Source of the DNA: Toensbergia leucococca
Lineage: Eukaryota
Assembly: GCA_022813965.1 (NCBI GenBank)
Contig: JALDZS010000117.1
Location: 54,871 to 74,870 of the forward strand
DNA length: 20,000 nucleotides
Direction: 5' to 3'
Under the pieces are notes generated by a model that worked only from the letters and a program-made list of their open reading frames with translations, was not told where the DNA came from and ran no database searches. Shown here piece after piece: positions 11,521-20,000 of the stretch; within the stretch, counting starts at the first letter, position 1, and each line of letters opens with the position of its first letter. Position numbers and translations under genes: made by a program.

Positions 11521-12396
11521 TATCTGAAGGCATCATCACCACAGCAAGTAGTAAGGTAAAGACAGTGAATGAAACTCAAGAGCTTACTCATACCTTACTT
11601 CACTTTGACAAGATTCTATTCTAAGTTTAGATTATTATGTTTAATACCTCACCTGACATAAAATGTGTTTTGAATAAAGATGTTTACTGTGCTGCTGCAC
11701 TTTTCTTATGCTCTTTAATCTATTTTCTCTTTCTTTAATATATAGAATCCTACAGAGTATGTGTAGTATCTATATGTAAAAGCTCATACAGTCAATTTTA
11801 ACACACTCTGAAGAACAGTAGCATTTTAAGTGTACTAACAGGTTGATCACTAAGGTAGTCAGGATTATAACAAAGGCTAAAAAAGACATGTGACAAACAC
11901 GCTAATTTAGTGAAAATCTGCGGGAAATTTTTCTCTTCACTGCAATTTAAAATTATACACACATGAGATACAACAATTTTCTCACTCTCACTGCTGTTAC
12001 TGCACAGTAAGTATATAATAATAGCAGCAAATATATTAATTTACTCAGTAAGCTGATTACACTTTAATAGTCTGCTGAATAGTATACTACATAGAGCTTG
12101 ATACACTTAGTGTACTAACTGTAGTAAGTTTATACTCTTCTTATCACTCTATCTTTTATCTCTTTTTGTGAATTGATATGTAAATGAGTGTGTATAATAA
12201 GATATTTGTTCAAATTTATGCACTAAAAAGCCTCTCTTTCTGAAAGGGTATAACTTGTTTTTGTTTCACTTTGATTCTTTAAGAGTAAAATGAGTAAAAC
12301 TTTTATACAAGACTGCACTGAAGTAACTGTAGACAGTCAGCATGAATGATGATTCATTAGACTCTCACTAATATATAGAGTACTAGAAACCTCAAA
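11521..12396. mobile_element. AT-rich, CpG-depleted block, probably a hypermutated (RIP-like or methylation-deaminated) repeat relic
   Basis: No ORFs and visibly AT-rich. By manual count only two CG dinucleotides (11900-11901, 11921-11922) lie between 11521 and 12420, while TG, CA and TA are abundant. AGTGTACTAAC is repeated at 11829-11839 and 12109-12119. Element family not identifiable. Confidence 0.6.
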
Positions 12397-14449
12397 ATGC
12401 CTTCAGCTTTAAATCAGCTTGCAACCGGTGACAAAGAGTTTCAAGACGTTCATGCTCAACAAGGGCAATTGACGAATGGAAATGAGCAAGAGAGTAATGA
12501 AGACGACTTGGATTCTGAAAACGACGATGATGATGTGGAAAAGCCAATTGGCGGTTACCAAAGAATGCCCACGCTGCCTAAGAATGACTTTGCTAGAAGA
12601 GACATAACTCAACTTATGGGTACCACTCTCCAGCCATGGTAGACGTACCGTTTGAGTGTTTTGGCTGATTGATGGCAGACCTTGTGGATTCTCCATATCT
12701 AGATCTTTGCCCTCAATATCAGCGTGCAGTGGTTTGGGCCCGTAAGTATCACATCCAGGCTGAAATGCGAAGCAGTATTGACAAAAGATAGCCGGCCGTA
12801 TGAGCATGTTGGTGGACTCATTGTTGCGTGTGACACCCAGAGGCCAGAATCATGTCCTCTAGAGCTTACTGACACTTACCAGAAAACTTCTATGTACCGC
12901 CAGTGATATTCAATGTGCAGGAGATACAATGTGATGATGGAGAACGACGCTTTAAGCGTACATGTGTAGACGGAAAGCAACGATTGACTTCAATCAGAGA
13001 ATTCATGCACGGCCGAATACCCTGCCACGATAGTCGAGGAAAGAACTGGTATGAGATCTGTATTTGGTCCAAGGCGTGGAACATGTTGACACGTAGGTGC
13101 TGTAGGTACTACTGTCTCGAGGAAGACGATAATGGAGTCCCGATAAAGAGAGCGAAGCGACATCTATTGCCAGAGGAAGTCAAGAGTGCTTTCAGGATTA
13201 AGGAGCTACTCTGCAAAGAATATAAGGATCTCTCGGAACGAGAGGAGCGGGAAATATTCCAGAGGGTTCAGTTGGGAATCCCTCTCACCCAAGCTGAAGC
13301 GTTCCGAGCCACTCAAGGTGAATGGCAAACCTTTGCACAGATGTATGAGCAAAATTTCTCGAAGGTAGTAAATCGTAAGTTGATCTTTGGATGTCATGGA
13401 GGGATAGCCTGTACTGATAATGTGAAGTGGTCATGAACAGGCGTGCTTCTGGATTCCAACGAATACTCATTTGCTTCTCTCAAATATACGAATGCCTTGA
13501 TCCTAGTGCAGCTGATGGCCTTCCAAGACTCAAGCAGGGTATCAAGACTCTTGAGGCATTCTGCTCGAATCAGGAAGCGCTGGATACAACAACGAGATCC
13601 CACCTTGCGTTTGTATTCAGCCTCTTCAATGAGTTGGTTGAAGGAGATATCTCCACCTTCCAGGACCACAACTATGTCAAAGTCAAGACGTTTGCACCCG
13701 TTGAGCTAGTCGCGGTATGTGTGTTACTCTCTCAGCACGGCGCTGATCGCCCAAAGGGTATGCTTCGAGGCGATATCCTGGCACTTCGTGAACATTTGCG
13801 CTCTAACCATGTCGACCTCCGGTTGAATCACACAGTTTGGACAACTGCATGGAATTTCATCTATGATCTTGAGCGGCACCGTGGGACTGTCGATGGCTCC
13901 ACCTTGCGGAATAGTCAAACTAAGCGTGTCCAACGTACTAAGACTGCTTCAAAGTCTGCCTCTCAGAATCTAGAAAGCACGGGCCTCGCTTCATCCAAAT
14001 CTTCGGGTCCACGTAAAATAGCGTCCAGTGGCAGGACTCAACCAGCTGTGAAAGAGCATCATGACTCAATCTCAACGCGTCGACGTGATCAAAGCCTGCT
14101 CAGCCATCCAGCAGCCGTAAATCGTCGAGTGGTCCAGAATGAGACCCTTCCGATATATCCGACGTCGGGAGCTCACCAACCCATGTCAAGGGAAGGGGTA
14201 GACCTGGCAGCATTTAACGCCAGAACTGTCGAAGAGGACGCACATCGTACAGGTCTTCGTGGCACTTCTGATTCATCCTCTTCAGGTTCTTCTATCAATA
14301 TGGGTGGGATACCAACGGCCAGCATGACAGCACCCTCTATAAGGAAACGAATGAACCCCGATTTAGGAATGAATAGCGGCGGAGCCCAGAATTTGGCCGC
14401 TAAGAAAGCCAGACTGATGAGAGATACTGTTGTGAAGCAGGAACAGTGA
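12397..14449 (+). CDS. DUF262 (GmrSD N-terminal, ParB/Srx-fold) domain protein, about 592 aa, 6 exons
   Basis: Exons 12397-12619, 12679-12741, 12792-12827, 12883-13048, 13106-13374, 13428-14449; 1779 nt, in frame. Splicing gives the DUF262 motifs in order: LDLCPQYQRAVVW, MLVDSLLQNFYVPPVIF, CVDGKQRLTSI, EIFQRVQLGIPLT. Acidic N-terminus and Ser/Arg-rich low-complexity C-terminal tail. Confidence 0.85.
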
Positions 14450-14909
14450 CTGACAGGAACTCATCGAGATGGAAATTGAAAAAGGAGGAGTCATTTCAAG
14501 TCAGTCGCACAGGCAGTTGCATGACACGGACGGTTTTGGAATTGCTTGTGCGTGGTACATGGTCCCTTTGCAATTCATAGAGTGCATGAAATGAAAACAT
14601 CATATCTCCAATATGTATTTGCAAACGTGAACCAGAACGTCGCTCTTAGTATTCTATTCGTATCTTGAGGGAGTTCTTCGTTGTCGGTGTTGATGCTCTC
14701 GCTTAGCCATGGGTCTTTCATCGACACCGCCACAGACTAAAAGTCACTTACTTTCATAAGACGCACACCATTCTTGTATGTTCGTTCGTCCATGTCCCAT
14801 TATTCCGACATGAGAGCCAATCTGACAATCTGCTGCTAGCTTTAAAAGCTTCAGATCCTTCCACCGCCCCTCCAAAAGTCCTGCCGTTTCTCACAAAACA
14901 CCTGCAATC

Positions 14910-15682
14910 ATGGATCAGGCGAAGCTGGCTAAGATGCAGGCATCAGTCCGAATCGGTGAGTTTCGCCCCAGTTGATTGCCTGTTTGCTGTATGGTAAACA
15001 TTCTACTGACTTCATACCATGCACCTAGGGTAAGAGTTCCCCAATTGATACGGAACAGAAAGCATCGCGCCCTCATATTATATAAATCACATAGTGGTCA
15101 AGGCTTTGAAGCTTCTTGAAGAGCTTTGACTAATCAGACTCTTCAACGTAGGGGTAAGGGAACTCCGAGAAGAAAGATGAAAAAGGTCCATAAGAGCTCT
15201 GGCACAGATGACAAGAAGCTCCAGACATCGTTGAAGAAGCTCAATGTACAGCCTATTCAAGCCATTGAGGAAGTCAATATGTTCAAAGAAGACGGTAACG
15301 TCATTCATTTTGCTGCTCCAAAAGGTTGGTAATGCTCGCCCTACCCGACGCACTTACCAACTGCCCGGCCGTCTTATTCTCTTGCTCTTGTCGTTGTGAA
15401 CGTTGACTGACATCATATCAAATAGTCCACGCATCCGTTCCCTCCAACACATTCGCCATCTATGGCGCCGGCGAAGATAAAGAGCTGACCGAGCTCGTTC
15501 CTGGCATCCTCAACCAGCTCGGCCCAGATAGTCTCGCTTCACTACGCAAATTGGCTGAAAGCTACCAGAACATGCAGAAGAAAGATGGAGGGGAAGATGG
15601 AGACAAGAAGGTGGACGATGACGACGATGACGATATCCCGGATTTGGTCCCAGGAGACAATTTCGAGAGTAAGGTCGAGTAG
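14910..15682 (+). CDS. EGD1: Nascent polypeptide-associated complex subunit beta (BTF3/EGD1), 158 aa, 4 exons including a 1-nt exon
   Basis: Exons 14910-14955, 15029, 15152-15324, 15426-15682; 477 nt. Protein: [121 protein letters not shown]...DDDIPDLV. Confidence 0.95.
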
Positions 15683-16466
15683 GGCAGGAATGTGAGTGAT
15701 GAGTGGGCAGAGAAATACCTGGTGTAGGTAATTGTACATCCAGAGTAAGCTAGACGGCAATCTTTGCTGGCCACATCTCTACATGGAACTTAAAATATAG
15801 CGACCTTCAGACCCGACGGTGACAGTACTAGGAGTTTTAATTGAATTCGATGAATCGTGCTCCAGAAGCAGGCTCGAAATCGGTGTGATGATTTCGTCCG
15901 GGCCATGTTCTGGATCATTGCTGATTTTCTGGATCATTGCGATTGTTGCTTGTTTTCCCATCACTGTTATTCGTCCCAGGTGTTCGCTTTTCATGATGAG
16001 CTTTACCCTTCCTAACCTCCGATCCTTAAACTACCCGTCAATTCTGAATCATTCCTGACAAATGTAGGTATCATGGTCTCATTGCCACGTCTATCGTGGT
16101 TTTTTCCACTACTAGAAGGAGGTCACCCAATTTAACTTTTGAAACGATGTATGCATCAATAAATAAGATCTGGAAATCACTTCCATTTCACTTTCCATTT
16201 CCCCCTCCAGCTCTGACCTTCTCCTCTGGGACATCACACGGGGGAATGGTTTTATTTGCACTTCCAGGGCTGGATTATCAGTCCTCATGTGTTCCCATTC
16301 GCGCCATTTGCAGTACTTTATCAGCGACAAACGCTACTCAAAAGCTGATGCATACGAATTGTCCCTATCCTAGCCGTGATGAAGATGAGTCCACAGCTTT
16401 TCCCCAAAAAATACCAGTCACTGACTCAGATCTCAAGTATATTATTCGTATTGACTCTTGGATACT

Positions 16467-16913
16467 CTAGCCCCTTATTTTATGAACGCCAGTAGATACC
16501 GCAATATACCGAGTAGAAAAGGGGCATATCCGGATGAATAAAGAATTTGCGCTTGCAATGCTCTTCAATCGGTTCACATGTACGTATTGCAAAACGGTAC
16601 TCTCCCATTTCGACAAACTCATCTGCCCTTTCAGGACTTTCTCTAGCTGCTGGCAGTGTAATGCAACTTGATTGGTGGCCATTGCCTTGTGTGAGTGCAA
16701 AAGTGCGAGTGCGTCTCCAACTAGTTTTACCTTTCCATCAAGGAAGGAGGCCCGTGGCGCCATTATTTCACTGACAACGGTAACGAATGGCTGGGTGATC
16801 TTATTGACAACTTCAGCGAACAAAACAGCTAGGACTTTATTGCCATAAGAATCTTGCTTCGCCCAAATGCCTTTGTGCATTTTACCACCAGGGAGGGTGT
16901 TTTGGTATCGGTC
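16467..16913 (-). pseudogene. C-terminal fragment of a FAD-dependent monooxygenase (2,6-dihydroxypyridine hydroxylase / salicylate hydroxylase-like)
   Basis: Peptide NTLPGGKMHKGIW...FAEVVNKITQPFVTVVSEIMAPRASFLDGKVKLVGDALALLHSHKAMATNQVA carries the class-A flavoprotein GDA fingerprint. There is an in-frame stop just upstream and no GxGxxG N-terminal half was found. The usual RPH motif reads HSH. Confidence 0.75.
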
Positions 16914-17031
16914 AAAGGAGTTTGATGAATTTCACAGGAGTGTTTAGCATTACATACGGGCTTGGTCAAACGCCGAGCCATATCCGAAAAAGTCCTACGA
17001 CCTTGACTCCAAATACAGAGCCAAACGAATT

Positions 17032-17059
17032 CTACCCAAAACGCCTACCCAAAACGCCT
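17032..17059 (+). repeat. 13-bp tandem duplication
   Basis: CTACCCAAAACGC twice, followed by CT. Confidence 0.8.
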
Positions 17060-17184
17060 CCTTCCCAGCGAATCCAACCCGCTACTCCGCAAAGCCCAGT
17101 ACCAAACACCATCCTGCGTCTACTCATTGAACATGTCATCACCAGCACTATCTACAAGCTTATGGCTCCCGTGCTTTTCATCTA

Positions 17185-18736
17185 TTGCACACTCCATCAA
17201 CAGAGTTTATTCAGTTACCTGTACCGCAGCAGCCACAATTTGAAACAGCACCGTGGCCTCGACCCATAGAAGGACCTTTGGATGCGGATAGACTGAAGCG
17301 CCGGATCGAGTATGCTCGTATGTCCCGTCAGATCCGCAATGTATCTCCGCGGCTCCAGAGGTTCATTCAAATGATCAAGACGAAGTGCGAGGCTCTGCGT
17401 TCTGAGAAGCTCAGAAAAAAGGACAGAAAGGCAGAGGAGGACGTAATAGCTATCTGTGAGAGCGAATTGTTGTCTTGATGGGAGGAATGCTATGGCACCG
17501 CGGGTATTGTGCATGCGCTGATTCGGACGGTCCAAGGCATGATGAAGATACGTTTGCAGATTGAATATAAAGATTTACTCGCGGTTGACCTTGAAGAGCT
17601 AAGAACTAATGCCTATGCTGGGGCATGATGGAATCAAATGCCAAGATCAGACTGACAAGCGGTAGCCGAGAGCATTGAGGAGGAGGAGAGACTCTTACTG
17701 CAATGGAGAGAACCTGGCTACCACTCAATACCAACACCAATTCTGGACAGTGTTGAGGACGCAGTGACGAGGATGAGCGTTGCTCCCAGTCAAATAAGTT
17801 TTGAGATCAAAGCCTATGCCAGGCGAAACCAGCTTTGCCATAGTGGCATAAAAGGAGTGATCGATCGCTGCCGCGCAACGTTCTTGATGGTGTCACTATT
17901 AGTGATCGAGGTCAAACTGCACCGATAACCATTTACTATCGGTGCAGTGCAAGACCCTAACCGGTTAACCATCACATTTCCAAGCCCTCATCATCACCCA
18001 AAGCCGTCACTATTGTATGTAGATCCACCTCAGTATAAATACCCAATCGGGACCAACTCTTTAGACACTCCAGTAGCTCAATAGTCTCACTTGTGGTTAG
18101 ATGACTAGGAGCATCAGATAGAATATACTCATCATCCATGGTTGATAAATGGGAGGATATTCGAATGATCGGGTGAAAATTCAACTTATTCAAGCTGAAC
18201 TAGAATAGACTACATTTGCATGGAACTACACTCAATTAGGCCATGACTAGGCCTAGAATATTCTATTTGGGTTGTTTTGATGTAAGAAAACACGAAAATC
18301 CCCCCCAAAACATGACAACCACCCCCCCGAAAATCAAACACCTCCACTATGAGTTAACCAGTTGGTGTAGGATGCTTAACCGGTTAACTACTAACCGTCA
18401 AAACCTCACACTGCACCAACTACTAACCAACCAACTGCAGAATAACTAGTAGTGGGCCAGTTACCAGTGCACCATCAAGACCGTTGTCGCTGCGAGTGGG
18501 CGGAGCTGGCGAAGCAGATATGCGATGATAAAGCATTGCTTGGAATGGTCTATAGAGACCGACCAGACGGACAGATCGGAATGAGAAACTGCATTCAGAA
18601 TGTCCAGGCGAGGTGGTACGAGTTTTGTCGAATGGACTGACAACGAGTTCTACATAACCCGAACGCGGCCGCCGTGGACAAAATCCGAGCGTACGCAAGA
18701 CGACTGGCTTCAAGGAGGCAAAGACTAGTGTTCTAA
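17185..18736 (+). pseudogene. Pseudogene of an uncharacterised, probably alpha-helical protein, interrupted by a hAT element and in-frame TGA stops
   Basis: One frame runs from 17185 to 17871 with TGA at 17476, 17626 and 17653, ending ...FEIKAYARRNQLCHSGIKGVIDRC. It resumes after the insertion as RCEWAELAKQICDDKALLGMVYRD..., with TGA at 18638 and TAA at 18734-18736. True start codon not resolved. Confidence 0.7.
17876..18486 (-). mobile_element. 611-bp non-autonomous hAT-superfamily DNA transposon (internal deletion derivative / MITE-like)
   Basis: Left TIR CAACGTTCTTGATGGTGTCACT (17876-17897) versus reverse complement of the right end CAACGGTCTTGATGGTGCACT (18466-18486); 16 of the first 17 nt identical. 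8-bp target TCGCTGCG at 18487-18494 versus TCGCTGC[CGC]G at 17865-17875. Internal ORF 17972-18193 (-) contains SETIELLECLKSWSRLG, resembling the end of the hAT dimerisation domain. Confidence 0.85.
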
Positions 18737-20000
18737 AACTAGACATCATGAAAGCAGCAAAATGCGGGCGAAATGGACTGATGAGACGGTTGTTTTCTAC
18801 AATTATTTAATCACGCAGAGACTTCTGAGCCAAACCAAATTGGGTGAGCATCAACAAACACCGGCTCGAACTGCCAAGAAAACAAATTCTATTCAAACAG
18901 GAGAAGAGTATTTACCCAACAAAGCATAATTTGATTGGTAATCAACAACAGACACTCTTCGACTCACCCGGATTGATGATAGGTTCTGTTCGAGAAGCTG
19001 AACGTTGTGGCCAAAGTGCTTTGATAAACACCTTGCATCAGTCCGGCGAGAGACCCGCCAACCTATCGTAATCATCAGCCTCGCCCTTGAGGACGCGTCC
19101 GTTCTTAAATCATGTGGTTACTAACAAGAGCAGCATTCAGAAGCTTTTCGCACATAAAATATACCTTATTCCCGATACTCTTCTGGATAGAGTTCAGGAG
19201 AACGAGGTTTTCTTGAAGGAAAGAGAAGGCCTTGATTGACGACTGCAAGCGTATATGTGTTGTCCAGATCATGGACTAGATCCTGAGATGGGAAAGAACC
19301 CAAGCGATGCGTCGTGGTTGACACTACAATCAATTACAGTCATCCATCAGACGTCGTCCGAGGCCTCTAGGGTGCGACAGGCTTTGAGAAAAGGGTCCTC
19401 AAAAGGTCTTACGGCCCGTATGAGTTGATGGTGACCTCAGGCAGACCATTGAGGGCACCTGAGACGGTGGCACTCGAGTTGAGTGAGCTCGATATCAGTA
19501 CCGAGCCAGTCTTGAATGAACGGTCATGTTCTTGCATTTACTTTTTATCTTATCCTGATTACACCCCTTTCTTACATGGCACCCTTGTGGAGGATTACTT
19601 ATTTCTGACAAATAGATCTTCTTCGAATTGCAAGCCCGTCTTATGTACAGACTAAACGCGGTAGCTAGGCATCATATCCCCAGGACAGGAAATCGCGAAT
19701 CTACGCGGCGGGAAGTGTAGAACAGAGACATGAGCTGCAAGCTCCTGGCTGATGCCGTTGATCTGGTTAAGATGTCAGATTTCCAATTCCGACACAGAGG
19801 TATCGCGGGAGATGGGTGGTATCGATGTTCGCCAGGAGCAACGGAAATATTTCCTTCGCTTTCCACGGCATTGGCTACTCTCTATCCGTTAAAAATGGTC
19901 ATTTAACCGAAAGCATGGTGCCGAGATGTGTAGTGGTGGTATCGAGGAGTGACCGCAAGTCCCCTCTACGAAGCTTATGCCCGCCAACACCTCAGACAAT

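Noticed and set aside
11787..12331. TA-CAGT...ACTG-TA candidates for Tc1/mariner ends in the AT-rich block
   Set aside because: The candidate ends match for only about 6 nt, too little to define TIRs.
14956..15151. Single 196-nt intron, or a classical [D1,2] stwintron, in EGD1
   Set aside because: A single intron leaves the frame 1 nt short. For a [D1,2] stwintron the base after the internal intron would have to be T to rebuild GT, but it is G; both introns already have intact donors and acceptors.
15908..15940. TTCTGGATCATTGC repeated with a 19-bp period
   Set aside because: Only two copies; a simple local duplication, not an array or CRISPR.
17941..18417. GGTGCAGTG...CACTGCACC as the element's terminal inverted repeats
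   Set aside because: No target-site duplication flanks them. The longer outer TIRs (17876 and 18486) have a TSD and restore the host ORF, so these are subterminal repeats.
17476..18640. Stop-codon readthrough, selenocysteine or A-to-I rescue of the TGA codons
   Set aside because: The gene is also split by a transposon, and C-to-T or G-to-A transition decay explains the stops more simply.
18750..20000. Short ORFs at the right end (18844-19071, 19425-19655, 19672-19866)
   Set aside because: No recognisable domain or consistent exon chain. They could be degraded coding sequence, but this cannot be supported without a search.

Overview
Intron-rich genomic DNA from a filamentous ascomycete (Pezizomycotina-type GT..CTRAC..YAG introns of about 50-120 nt); not prokaryotic. 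I could reconstruct seven intact spliced genes by hand: acyl-protein thioesterase (603-1694 +), POP1 (2182-4919 +), a TRI12-like MFS efflux pump (5771-7939 -), roadblock/LC7 dynein light chain (8786-9381 -), IPI1 (9642-10764 +), a DUF262/GmrSD-N domain protein (12397-14449 +) and NAC-beta/EGD1 (14910-15682 +). The right end is a decaying accessory region. It holds a FAD-monooxygenase fragment and a pseudogene split by a 611-bp non-autonomous hAT element with recognisable TIRs and target-site duplication. Top observations: (1) EGD1 appears to need a single-nucleotide exon (G at 15029) between two canonical introns; (2) an intron-containing fungal DUF262 gene, a domain known from bacterial modification-dependent defence systems, starts right at the edge of a 900-bp block that has only 2 CpGs; (3) removing the hAT element restores the reading frame of the gene it interrupted. 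All calls come from reading the sequence and recalling family motifs; no database search was run.
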